Source: Antedon mediterranea (lineage: Eukaryota; Animalia; Echinodermata). Taken from it: a DNA stretch of 64,000 nt. The notes beneath the pieces were generated by a model. The model saw only the letters and a program-made list of their open reading frames with translations. It was not told the DNA's origin and did not search any database. The position numbers were made by a program, and so were the translations under genes. This document shows, one piece after another, positions 13,405-38,843 of the stretch. The stretch spans positions 21,314,795 to 21,378,794 of the forward strand of contig NC_092670.1 of the NCBI RefSeq assembly GCF_964355755.1, written 5' to 3'. Position 1 is the stretch's first letter; each line of letters starts with the position of its first letter.

Positions 13405-13675
13405 TTAAACAAAGCTAGGACTGTTTAAAGCACCTTGATTGGTCCTAACATTGATCAAGGGCTTCTCTCGTCCAGTGCCCACCTTGACCAGAGGAAATGC
13501 ATAAGACAATACCTCTGAGGCAGATACTAGATGCAGGGGCTGCCATGAGAGTCAGCAGTGCTGATTTCAAATGCCTAACGGGACCCCAGCTTCATATACA
13601 GGACCCGATATTCCCAGATAGTCTCCCATCCAAGCTCTAACCAGGCCCAACGTTGCTTAACTTTATCTGTTCTGA
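13405..13675 (-). mobile_element. 5S rRNA-derived SINE (SINE3-like)
   Basis: 13605-13662 TATTCCCAGATAGTCTCCCATCCAAGCTCTAACCAGGCCCAACGTTGCTTAACTT is the reverse complement of the internal part of 5S rRNA (diverged, incomplete). It adjoins about 200 bp of GC-richer body. Confidence 0.65.
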
Positions 13676-14106
13676 GGGTCCCAATGACCACCCTCATTAA
13701 ATATTGTTCAAATAAAAATAAGAAGATTAAAGAAATGTGTCTATTTCGTGATATATATTAGGTTTGACCAAATAATATAAAAAACCAATATTGATAAATT
13801 CTCTTTAATTATTTAGAAGAATATGCCTGTTATAATATAAACTCACTGTAAATACAACTCGCCACCGGTATAAGGTTCATCTAAGAAATGCGTTACTACG
13901 ACAACGAATTATTTGATTAAATACACTTTGTAATTCAATCCATATTAATACTATAAGTAGTTGAAATACCAATTATGTTGTTTGCTTTGTTATAAAGTGC
14001 ACACGCATTCCTCCGAATAAGAATTTAACGGTCTAATGACGAAAAAATGCTAACGTAATTTACAAAACCTAAAACGCCAGATTGCATTGCGTTGCCGTTA
14101 CATTTG

Positions 14107-14243
14107 AGCTGTCTACACAATCAAACTAGTTTGACAAAAAAAGTGTGATGTGCCTAAATACGGTAGTGATATGACATCATCATGTCCATATATAAGCACA
14201 TCACATTTTTTGTCACATAAAGTTTGATAGTGTAGACAAGGCT
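14107..14243. mobile_element. MITE family A copy
   Basis: Both TIRs and internal motifs are present. Confidence 0.8.
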
Positions 14244-14730
14244 TTACATCTATATACATGTGAATGCTTAATTACTAAACAGACAGACAGACCCTCGTTC
14301 ACATTATCCCAGGAACATCGAGAGGACGTGAAATCAAATAATACGGAGAAATGTGTCCGTTGGCCTCTGCTTGCGCCTCTAACAAAGTGATACCTACTCC
14401 TCCTGTTTATGAATATCTTATACTGTATTTACCTTCATAATCTAACACAAAAGAATTAGAAAACGCACTGCTTTGATCGAGTGCTTTTTATTTGGTATCC
14501 TATCTTGGGGGTCTACCTCTTATGTTCAAGTTCAATGAGTTTATTTATAATCTTTGGCGTGTATCTAGACCTTTAGGCCCAGAACTACTTAAAATCTCTT
14601 TCGAGCTTAGCTGTAGCACTCATCTGACATTTACGATGTTTACATGGCTCTCCTTCAGAAATCATGTGTTTTACATTCTATTGACATTCATGTCATTTTC
14701 TGACAACGATTGACACGGACTTCTATTGTA

Positions 14731-14822
14731 TTTTTAGTCTACAGCTCCATATGTCGGTCGGTCGGTCGTAAACACTAACTCAAATTTGAGCACGCGACTG
14801 CAGCCATGTATATGGCCTTGTT
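14731..14822 (+). mobile_element. Internally deleted copy of the DINE-1/HINE-like element
   Basis: TTTTTAGTC...ATGTCGGTCGGTCGGTC...GAGCACGCGACTGCAGCCATGTATATGGCCTTGTT matches both ends of 946-1665. Confidence 0.65.
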
Positions 14823-15013
14823 AGTATACGTTATGAGCCAATTATCGTGACGTCATAACATCGTAACATTGTCATATTCCCACCACTGGTATTTCGTATT
14901 TTTCGTAGGCCTATACACCTAATACTATATACTGCATTACTAATTTTATTATTTTTTTATAGAATTTCAGATGTTGAAGTTAATTAAACGTTAATTGAGA
15001 GAGTGGAGACGCA

Positions 15014-15835
15014 ATGTCAAGAGTCAAACCAACAAGTGCACCAGGTAGAATAACAAGCCGTGACGACATATGGAAAGACATCCGTGATTGGGCAAAACCT
15101 TCATCAGGACGCAATGACGACGACGATCAAACATTGGTCATCGGTTCTCAAATCAAAGACAACGTCACAGAACAACGTATGCTTGAGAGTCGGTTATTTG
15201 ACCTATCCAAAGAAAGGTATAAGTTCATAGTTCAGGTTGCCTGGCAGCGTAAAGCTTTCCTTGATCGACAAAAGCAGAAAACCGGTGTTATGAAAAAGTT
15301 ACTGACAGGAATCGACACGACTGAGATAGAGCTCTCCAGCACAAAGAAACAGCATTCTGGAAACATAAAAGACCGTTTACAACAATACAAAGAACTGGTT
15401 GAGAAAACATACCCGCGGAATGCTAAACCTGAACGTGACGAAGATAGTAACGAACTTCTAGAAATGAAACCAATTTTTATTGAGCGTATCTACAAAACTG
15501 AGCCAGTTTTTGGTGACTCTTGCGGAAAAGGACATGGTAAACCGATAGCCAGATATGTGCGTAGTCCGGATAAAAAACGGGGATTTTTCCCAGCAATCGG
15601 ATCACACGGAAATGATGCTCCAGGTCGGCAGAGTGTACCGGCAAATTTTATGCGCCGGGAAAAATCATTTTCGTCGGTGAAGGAGTCAAACCAGGCGCTC
15701 GACCACCGGTGTAGATGTAGCATTTCAACTCCAACTATTAGGCCTAGATATCTGACATATAGGTCTGTGTATGATGGACGTTTTAAAAATCTACAGAACT
15801 GTCTAACGCGTCCATATAAAGCAGACCCACCGTGA
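15014..15835 (+). CDS. Uncharacterised basic 273-aa protein, single coding exon, probable coiled coil
   Basis: Long non-repetitive ORF in AT-rich DNA, raised GC, splice acceptor at 14962 upstream, AATAAA at about 16117 and 16315. No family recognised. Confidence 0.75.
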   Translation: MSRVKPTSAPGRITSRDDIWKDIRDWAKPSSGRNDDDDQTLVIGSQIKDNVTEQRMLESRLFDLSKERYKFIVQVAWQRKAFLDRQKQKTGVMKKLLTGIDTTEIELSSTKKQHSGNIKDRLQQYKELVEKTYPRNAKPERDEDSNELLEMKPIFIERIYKTEPVFGDSCGKGHGKPIARYVRSPDKKRGFFPAIGSHGNDAPGRQSVPANFMRREKSFSSVKESNQALDHRCRCSISTPTIRPRYLTYRSVYDGRFKNLQNCLTRPYKADPP

Positions 15836-16729
15836 GAGCTGCGTCCTTCAGTTTCTGCCAAGAAATGGAGGATTAAAAAAAAGACGCAATAGGCAGGTGC
15901 ATCATTATGTCCACGTTACTTAAATGAGGTCTACGTCATAATTATCTTATAACATCATCAGCAGCACGTCATCATCAGTTAGAAAGCATTCAGTGTTGGG
16001 TCAATTTGTGACGTCATGTGGAAGGTGTTTCCATAATCATATAGGCCTATGAATTCAGAAGACCTATAGTTACCGTATGACTAAAAAATGCTGTTGTTCA
16101 ATATACTCTTTTCCTAATAAATCTGCATAAAAATTAGAGAGAGCAAAAATTGGAAACTGGTCGTGTTCAGGACCTAGTTATTTACCCGGGTAAATGAGTC
16201 AGGAGAGTCCGGATCGTATCGTCGACAAATAGAAATCTTATATTTTGTGTTGTAGGGCAACATATACTTTATAAATGTATGTTAAAATATATGCGTTGTT
16301 ATAATGACTTTAAAATAAAAGTGCAAGAATGAAAATGTGACAAAAACATAACCAAAAATAATATGTGCGTTTAAAGAATACACTTCTTGTTGTTTGTTGT
16401 AAATGAATTATGTTATGTCTTTTAAAATGTATTCAACAAATAAAACATTGATACGATATTAAATATTAAAGTTCCATTTATTTCCTCCATTTTATCGATT
16501 CGTATCACGATAAGGTCTGATGAACTATACAAACCCTTTACAATAGATGATTACTGTATATACAATGCTTAATAATATGAATGACTCTAAAAGTTAACAC
16601 CTATATAAAATGACCCAATCGTAAAATATATAGTTACTTTCACCTTATTACTCTCCTTTGTCGATAGTCTTACCCTATGGCTGCTCTATCTAAGTCTAAA
16701 CTTACCCGCAACACAATCTGGGACGAGTT

Positions 16730-17395
16730 TCAGTTATTACCACCCTGCCTTGTACAATTATACATATGATACATAAATTGCATTGGGTTAAACCCGGGGC
16801 CACCCATATTACCAAAATCCGGGTTCATGTGGTGTGGTGGCGGTTGAGATTGATTACCGTCGTCACAAGAGTGGGTTTCACCGTCTCTTGGTGGTGGTGG
16901 TGTACTAGAATTTCTGCTGTCCTGGTGCATCCCAGTCATCCATATGGGCAAATTACTAAAATAGTTTTGGTTCGTGTACATAAACATGCAGAAATTATTA
17001 CCGTTATCTCCTGAATTTGACCAGAAAGCTCCAAATGAGTGATTGTCGCCCTTTTCCCCATCCTTACCAATACCGACGTCACTCTTCTGGCTATGGTCAC
17101 CGTCAGCATTTTCTTCTTCCTTATTCACATTGTCTGTTTCAGGTGCGGCCTCCGTGCTTTCGTTGCAATTGCCTTCACTTCCATCAATAAATTCTGATTG
17201 GTCAATTGTATTATTGTCATCTTCCGTCAAAATACCAGAATCTACTGATTTAGAATCGTCATTGTCAGATGGTTCTTTTCTTGTTCCATCTTTCTCATCT
17301 AAGTAACAAACTTCCATTGCCTCTATGGCGTCTGTTAGCGCCTTGTCATCAAACGTTCTGTTAGATTCATAATTGACATGACTCGTTCTGTACAT
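16730..17395 (-). CDS. Uncharacterised 221-aa protein, acidic N-half, G/P/N/M-rich C-half
   Basis: Long ORF, TATA box about 65 bp upstream, minus-strand AATAAA at about 16457. No family recognised. Confidence 0.7.
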   Translation of the reverse strand: MYRTSHVNYESNRTFDDKALTDAIEAMEVCYLDEKDGTRKEPSDNDDSKSVDSGILTEDDNNTIDQSEFIDGSEGNCNESTEAAPETDNVNKEEENADGDHSQKSDVGIGKDGEKGDNHSFGAFWSNSGDNGNNFCMFMYTNQNYFSNLPIWMTGMHQDSRNSSTPPPPRDGETHSCDDGNQSQPPPHHMNPDFGNMGGPGFNPMQFMYHMYNCTRQGGNN

Positions 17396-17458
17396 GATTG
17401 TAATGCACTGCTACTGCAATTGGGAAAATTACAATAGTGCTGAATTTTCAAACAAAAC

Positions 17459-17470
17459 GCTTTATATAGG
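17459..17470 (-). promoter_or_regulatory. TATA box of the 221-aa gene
   Basis: Reverse complement reads CCTATATAAAGC. A CRE-like TGACGTAA lies at about 17575. Confidence 0.6.
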
Positions 17471-18255
17471 CTTCCAATGAACGTTTCCGATACGTTTGGT
17501 TTCCGATACGTTTGGTATTGCTAAAAGTTGTGCAATGCCTCTTAAAAAGAGGGCGTACTCTAGTACCAGATGAATGACGTAATATAGTGCCAAAGATCTT
17601 ATGATACGCATGAACGATTTCATTCACAACATTCACGTGTTCGTCTGGTAAGCTAGGTCTAGGTTTTTTCTTAACTAAAATATAAATGAAACGCGTGTAA
17701 AAAATGAGCTGATATTAATAAACAATGTATGCTTTTATATTATTTGTTGATTTTGAAATGATATTACTAGTAGTCTTTCTAGCTTAATAAGAAAATAGGT
17801 TAACTGGGCCTAGCCTCTACTAGCTAGCTAGCTAGGAGTACAGAAACAGTAGGCTAATAAAGGCCTCTCTATCTAATAGTAGAGGCCCTCTAGCTAGCCT
17901 AGCTAGCGAGCCCTACGCTATTATTAGTATGAGTATGCATTTATATAAAGGTAATAGGCTATATGCGTTGTTTAGACCTTTTATAGCAAGAAGTAGAAGT
18001 AGTAGAAGCCTCCTACGCAGGACGTTCTACATCTAGCTGCTAAACGTCTAGAGGTTTTGATGAGGAGGATGACCAAGCAAGAGAGGAGTATGAGCTAATT
18101 CATATAATTATTATTTAGGCCTAATTATTGATCTTTCATATCATAGGCCTACAATATACAGTACTGTATGTCCATTATGAAGGAAATTATTTGTTTATTT
18201 TACAGCCAGAGCCTTAAATTAAAGAATCCATTAAACGCTGATTCCTACAAAATAA

Positions 18256-21200
18256 ATGGATATTTTACGGTACAAAAATCGCGAATCTGGTGTGCCAAGA
18301 AGAGGGTCTAAAGAGAACGTTCCTGATGGATCAGAACGGCAAGAAAAAAAGTTGTCGAATTTGTGTCACAGAAATGAAGTCCTACTCAAAGAAGAACGTG
18401 TCGCTAAACTGTTAGTTGGTTTAATTTAAATAAATTTGGTTCTAAAATTGGGGTGGGGTGATTTTTAAATTGTTTTTCTATCATGCTTTTGATATTCATT
18501 CAAGAAAAATCAGTAGAACATAACATTTATCTCAATTTCTTGTATTTCTATGATTAGAGGACATATTGCTATCGGCGAGTGGGTTCCAGATGAGGGCAGT
18601 GTTGAAGTTATTGTTGAGAAGGTAGAAAGAAATACTGTTTAACTACAGTATGAATAGATTATAATTTTTTAAAAACTAATAAAACAGTTTCTAAAGCTGT
18701 GTCTTCACTATCAAACTATCTTGACAAAAAAGTGTGATGTGCCCAAATATAATATAGTGATATGACACCATCATGCCCATATATGGGAACTTCACATTAT
18801 CACATAAAGTTGGATAGTGTAGACAGAGCTTTATATATATGTATTGAATTACTTTTTGTGTAGGGAAAATTCTGGCATACTATGGGTTACCATAAAGCTG
18901 ATAAAAAGTGGTTACGTCCTTTTGAAGCTTTGTATTTACTGGAAACTGTAAGTACTAGATACTCGCTTTTTTTGGATCACATGATACTATTTTGAATTAT
19001 GATTTGAATATTCATTAGTTATTATTGTCAGTGCTCATTAGATATTCGCTTTCATGGGATCACTATGTCAGTGCAAGAGGCTTATGAGATTCTTATACCG
19101 AAAATTGTCTCCATAGAGTTTTATCAGGTAAGCGTAACAAATTAAATTAAACCTCATGGTATCTTGCATGTTTTAAATGTTGATAAATTTATTATTTTCA
19201 AATAAGCAGGAAGTTCAAGTTCAACATTCAAGATTATGAACTTATAATTTCAGGTATATTCCTATTTAATGAGACTAGGATACATCATTGAAGAATATAA
19301 GAGGTAAGATCTCAAAATGATTACTAAACTGTAGCTGCAATATACTTATATGACATATAAATGTGTATGATAATACTGTTTTGTATGTTTGTTTGTACGA
19401 AAACGTCCAGTTCTGAATTTTAATAATGTCGGTATATACCAACAGATTGGTTTTATTTATTTTTTTTGTCCAGCAAAAATAATCAAGACACCCTAGTCAA
19501 AGATGAAAATAATTCAACTACTCAAATTAGAGATGAATCCAGTAAATCTACAAAAGAAATCTCTAGTGAAAAAGTATGTCATCAAAGTACTGGTATTCCT
19601 GGTGAACCAAAGAGCACTTGTAAAGAAATATGCCATTTAAATATCACTCAAACTGAAGAATCTGATATACAGAGTTCTTGTGAAAGAGCTGGTTCTTCTA
19701 CAGAAGCTGAATGTGAACCACGCAAGATAGATACTATCGGCCAATCTGGCAGTAGCGATAAACCTTCAAGCCATGTTGTAGATAAAGTTGGTGTACCTTT
19801 AGCCAACATGTCCAAACGAAAGTTTGATCAGTCAGTGGACATCAACGCACGAAATGTACTACCCGAGAAAAAGGTAAAGCTGAATTATACATCATGGAAC
19901 TTTAAAGAGATCTGCCTTCCAAATATTATGGATCAGGATGTGGAGTCTAGAGAGCTGCCTATAGAGCATCTGGATAAGATTCGCCTACCACAGATGCTAA
20001 CACTACAGAGAGAAAGCCAAGTGTTGACTGTTACTGGTAAAGAAGAAACACAGCCTTCAAGATTGTTGCAAGATCTTGAGTCTGACTCTAGTGATAAACA
20101 AAAGAGTAAGATATTTTAAAATGTATATTATTATGTGAATGGTACTATTAAATACTGGTGGTAGTGATACAGATACTGGTGGTGGTGGTTCTGTGGTAGT
20201 GGTTGTGGTGCTGAACTAGTGGTAGTGCATTTTGGATGTAATGGTAGGTTATGCAGGGTGTGAATATTGGTAGTGGTAACACAGTATTTGTACAGTACCA
20301 CTGTAATGTTATTGGTGGTGGTAAGAGGTATATGTGATTTTCGTACTCTGTATTAATGGATAGATATTATTGGTGGGAATATATGTTTACATCACTTTTT
20401 ATATTGTTCGAAGGTTTGCATGGCGAAATCAAATGTTGATATAAAGTTTGCGGTACACCACGTATATTAGTTCTGAAAATAACTGTTGAGTTTCTCAACG
20501 TTTCGATCAATATGCGGAGGACGATCAAAGTATATTGATCGAAACATCGAGAAACTCAACAGTTTTTTTCAGAACTAATATACATGGTGTACCGCAAACT
20601 TTATATCTACATCACTTTTTAAAAATTTGTTGGTTTTTATTTTAGGAAACATGCCATTGGTGAATAAAGATTCACCCAGGAACTGGTATGAATATAAACA
20701 GTTAAAGAAGCAAAACAATGACCTTTCTCCCCTTCATGAGTCACCTATGAAACACATATGGGAGGGGCTAGTGCACCCTCTTATTAAACCATCAGATGCC
20801 CTATCAACTGGTGAGTTTCGCTTCAGTTGTGTATGATGCTATTTTAAAATACAATAAATGATTTATAATGCATATATAATTTTAAATGTAATTACAGTAG
20901 AAGCCCTCCTTTGGTTGCTCTACCTATTCAGGGGACAACTTATTGGTGTCATCTTTTTACTGTATTTCATTTTTATTTGTCCAGTTTTACTGTGTATTAT
21001 TTTATTTTTATTTATTAGAGCTTCTTATGGACAAGTTACAAATTATTAAGAAAGCTAACATACCACACTGCACAGAGTAAGTAAGATCATGGTATTGACG
21101 TATTACAGGCGCGGATGTACCCCCACCATGGTGGGCCTGTGGCTCAAATACTTAGTGTCAGAGGCCTCAATTATTTCAAAATCCTTGATCCTCCCCTAAA

Positions 21201-21855
21201 TAACCAATAAATATGTATAATAAATATGTAACTTGGTAGAAATAAAATGAATGTCATGATTTTCTAATAGATTTTGTGAGACGTCAACAAATGGCAACAT
21301 CCATTTTAGTGTCTATCTACCAGAGACTAATTACAAGAAATCTGCACCAGGAAAACCAATCATTTATGTCATTGTAACAAAGTAGGTCATGCTTGTACAT
21401 GTGTTTTAATCAATTTAGTGAAATGGTAGTTAAAATTGAGGAAAACATGGAAAACTATCTTATCTTTATCTAGTTTAATAAATAGTTTTACTCATATGTA
21501 TTATGTTTGTTGTAAGTAACGCTATCATTAAAGGACACTTCTTATTAGTGGTGTTCTCATGTGGGTTCTACTATATTGGATCTGTACATATTTAATAGCA
21601 TTTTATGGACAAAATAATAATGCAGATACAGATAATAGTTTTTCTATTAATACATTTTAAATACTACAATACTTATTATTTTGATTTTGTAGGCTAGAAG
21701 ATGAACCACCAAATATGTTGAGCCAAACTCAGTTGACCCGTCAGGCTGGAACCACTCCTCTTGTGTGGGCTGTTGTAGATAATGGTGACATATCATTCTA
21801 TACATTACATGAAGTAGACCTACCTCAAGAAATATTCATTGATGGATCAAAATAA
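18256..21855 (+). CDS. TSEN54: tRNA-splicing endonuclease subunit Sen54; multi-exon
   Basis: Exons give PRRGSKENVPDGS, LLKEERV, GKFWHTMG, LRPFEALYLLE, MSVQEAYEIL, YQVYSYLMRLGYI, a long low-complexity middle exon, then YKKSAPGKP and WAVVDNGDISFY...DLP, stop TAA at 21853-21855. The start codon is uncertain. Confidence 0.9.
18695..18830. mobile_element. MITE family A copy in a TSEN54 intron
   Basis: Both TIRs, TAA/TTA flanks. Confidence 0.8.
20388..20621. mobile_element. Insertion with about 75-bp inverted arms and a 14-bp target duplication (possibly Penelope-like fragment)
   Basis: Arms at 20438-20513 and 20533-20607. TACATCACTTTTTA occurs at 20388 and 20608. Confidence 0.6.
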
Positions 21856-22339
21856 AAAAATAATGAGTGGGCCCAGAGCAAAAGACAACAATGTTCGCAT
21901 TCTCTCCCCTTTCGTGCCATCCTCTCACTAAATTATCATATTCAATTTCATTTTAATCTTTTATTTTGGAATCTCTGGTGCATGAAAGTTACATTACGTA
22001 TAAATTTTAAAAATAAATCCTGACTAATAACATGGAACTATAAATAGTTCCATGCTAATAACTAGAAGACTCATCTCAGAATGCAGGTATTTCACCTGGA
22101 GAGCATCTTTGACTTATAATAAGACGTTACCTATTAACATTAAGACTACAACATTTTCACTTCACTTCACACATCAGGCCATATTGATTTTATTAAAAAT
22201 TCATAAAAATGAGGAAGTCTACATTCATAACAGTTTACAAGTCAATAAGAATAGTTGATGTCAATTTGTATGTCTTTGTTTATTTGGTTTATTAAAATTA
22301 ATAAGAAGAGCACAAAAATGTAAAGTGTATTGATGTCAT

Positions 22340-22525
22340 TAATGTAATGTAATGTTGTTTGATTTATAAAGTGCTTATACAATCAAAAGATTGTCCCAAA
22401 GCACTGAGAGAAAAAACAGAAAAAATTACAAAGAAAAAAGATGGGTTTTTAAGAAAACTATGATAGAGGATGCATTTTTAATAGGATCAGAAAGATTTTT
22501 CCACAGTTTGGGGGCTGCAACTTGG
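22340..22525 (-). mobile_element. L2-clade LINE 3' end
   Basis: Minus strand translates QVAAPKLWKNLSDPIKNASSIIVFLKTHLF (typical L2 ORF2 C-terminus). It is followed by AGTGCTTTGGG...AAGCACTTTATAAAT and a (CATTA)n tail. Confidence 0.75.
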
Positions 22526-22982
22526 TGGTCGACCTAAGAGATCTTTTGCAAACTGAAGATCTACGTAGGTAATTAAATTGGAAATATATATGATGGTGAT
22601 TTATTATATGTATTATTACTAATTAGTATGTTTTAATTAAACACATGAATTTAATAGTACTGTAATATATTAAATTCTTATACCGTGATAATGATATTTA
22701 TTATTAAAATGTCATATTTTGTGGGGCGTGATCGTGGGTGTTGTTAACTTTGTGAATAAATACTTTAAAATGAAAAAAAATACTGCAATTAATTTATTGC
22801 GTCAAAGAAGAAGATAAAATATAATTTGTTTGCGCCCTCAACGTCCAAACATTCACACATCATGACAACAACGAATCTCTTTCGCGGGGAAGAAATTTCG
22901 TTATATTTTCTGTTAATAAATAGTTACATCGTGGGAATTTTAGGGAAATAAAATAATACAATAATAAAGTATAAATGGAAGT

Positions 22983-36214
<13,232 letters not shown>

Positions 36215-36401
36215 ACTTGAGTATCAACCCTGTTGGATATAAAACGCAAGAATGACAATATACCCTTAAGTGCTATTGTATATATAGTAAGGCCCATATC
36301 ATTTTAATATTTTAAACAGCACCTTTACCCTTGAAATGTATGACTATGCGGACAAAAGCCTTGCTGCCTGTATTGCTGGCCTTGACTCTATAAATTTAAT
36401 C

Positions 36402-36799
36402 TAGGGATGTATGGCTAGGCCAAGATCTCTTTGAAGAAAAGCCCAGTATATTCTGTGGAATAACCAGTAGCACTGCATGGTGCATTAAGGAAGGAGGAAG
36501 TAGGGATGTATGGCTAGGCCCATGATCTCTTTGAAGAAAAGCCCAATATAGTCTCTGGAATCACCAGTAGCACTGCATGCTGCATTAAGGAAGGAGGAAG
36601 TAGGGATGTATGGCTAGGCCAAGATCTCTTTGAAGAAAAGCCCAATATATTCTGTGGAATCACCACTAGCACTGCATGCTGCATTAAGGAAGGAGGAAGT
36701 AGGGATGTATGGCTAGGCCCATGATCTCTTTGAAGAAAAGCCCAATATATTCTCTGGAATCACCAGTAGCACTGCATGCTGCATTAAGGAAGGAGGAAG
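36402..36799. repeat. 99/100-bp tandem repeat x4 (199-bp dimer x2) downstream of the KATNIP stop
   Basis: TAGGGATGTATGGCTAGG starts at 36402, 36501, 36601 and 36700. Confidence 0.95.
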
Positions 36800-38843
36800 A
36801 TATTTTAGATGCTTTGTGTCTTTTGGAAGTTAGTGCAATAAATTGGCAATTTACTTTAGTAACAAGTTTAGGGCAAAGTTTTTAATTTATTTTTATTATA
36901 ACATTTTGACTGTTCACATCATGATTACCACTAAACATTTTCAAACAAGTTGGCATATTTTTCTTTTGGGTGGTGTGGGTTGAGTGGAAAGAGAAAAGGT
37001 TAGCTAGGTAATGTTCTCATCTTGCTTCAATTTAAAGTCGTTTTTTAAACGGAAATGTGCACTAGAGATTGTTAGGGCTTATGTTATATACTCCAGGAAG
37101 ATATGGCACACAGAAGACATTCACATTTTTACAGATAACCCCAAACCACCATGTTTGGATAGTCTGCATTACCTCTTTGTTTTAGTGCAATATTTTAAAA
37201 ATAAAATATAAAGTTTAATTCAATTAAAAATTAGTTCTACAGTACAATTCTCGCTCTCTAATAACCCATTTATAAATAGAACTCATCCATACAGTACTCC
37301 ATTGTAACTGTTACCATAATTTTACTCCAATAGTTATTTCTGATACATTTTAGCTGTTAGCTGTCAAGGTGGATTAGGCCTGTGTACATGTGTTACAGTG
37401 CTGGGTGTAAAACATGCTAGTAGCATTTTCACAGTCTGTAGATTTATTGTTTCAAAGAGAGTTTTGCCACCCAGTTGAAACTAATGCTTCGGGCAATTAT
37501 CTAAATTTTGCAATCCAAATTTAGTTGCTCAGGAATGTGACTTTTGTCGATAAAAATAAACTTGTATGAATATAGGATATATTAATATTGTAGAATTTAG
37601 CTAATACTCCAAACCTGTACTTTCTGAAAATTTATGGGAAACTGTCCATTTATTTTAAGGTTAAAGTTTAATTTGTCCTCTAATAAAATATATTCTGAAA
37701 ACCATATTCTTGTGATAATAGACTGTATTGCTTAAAGATATATTATTATTCTATGGTTGCTCCATTAAAAAGAAATATTGCATGCTCAAATTTTCAAGAA
37801 CTTCTTATTACTTAAGCATAGTCTTCACCAGCCAATTGGTAATGCCTCTGTAGTTACTCAATAATTTTTACTTTTAATCAGGGTTGACTTAATATAGTAC
37901 AGTATAGTATTCTTTGCATTTCATAACATATTTACAGTGAATTCTTAAGTGTAAGTTATTTGTTAGCAATTTTTTTAGCTTATACAAATTTTGGGTGCAT
38001 CAATTTCAGAACCACTTTAGTTGAGCAGTCAATAGTCTCCTTTTCACCTGTTAAGTAAACATTTTTCATGTCTTTTGCCTGTTGGATAAGGATGTTCTAA
38101 GTGTTAATCCCATCATGCAACTCTGTTTTGATAACTAGCCGGCAATTGTTTTACCCGAGGATATTCCGCATCAAAATTTGTACTCAGATTACTAAAACCG
38201 AGCTACCGGCTCCAATTACGTGCTTGAAAATTTGAATCCGGTCGGTATTTCCAAACATAGGCCCCTGGTGATAAGTAATTAAGCAACACCGCAAATGGCT
38301 CCCCCCTGCTGGTTTGGGCTATCAACTTCATCAGTTTGATCAATTGCTCGGCCTAGCATCTTGTATGTTAGATGGCACCCTTGACTACTCAATTGCTAAA
38401 TTTTGTAGTATGATATTTCATCAACACCTTTCTATTTGCTGAGAGAATTTGAGTGTTGACAATCAATGTGTTGTTTATTGCTAGCATGGCTTCCTTTTAT
38501 AAATAGATAAATAAGCCCCAAACTTGGAGAACTTTTTGACAAATATGCATAGAATATGTATTATATCATAATTATTTATGAAAGTATTTAAAAGTCGAAG
38601 ATAGCCAGGTCTCGGGTCCATTCTATTGTCGCCACAGATTGATATCTTCATCAGTACTTCTATGAATGGATGATTAGGTGGGAACACGAACGCTAGTTGA
38701 TCATACCCAGTACCGTTTGATCGTACGATTAATCGGGAAACTACCATACGACAGAATATGTATTATATCATAATTATTTATGAAAGTTTTGAAGATTATA
38801 ACTTAAAAGATAAATCAAATCAACTGCACTTACGTAATTGTAA

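Noticed and set aside
13605-13675. Functional 5S rRNA gene
   Set aside because: Partial and diverged, fused to unrelated sequence, with no complete 120-nt gene.
36402-36799. CRISPR-like regular repeats (also 3653-4095 and 59770-59895)
   Set aside because: Units are head-to-tail with no unique spacers, there are no cas genes, and the context is eukaryotic.
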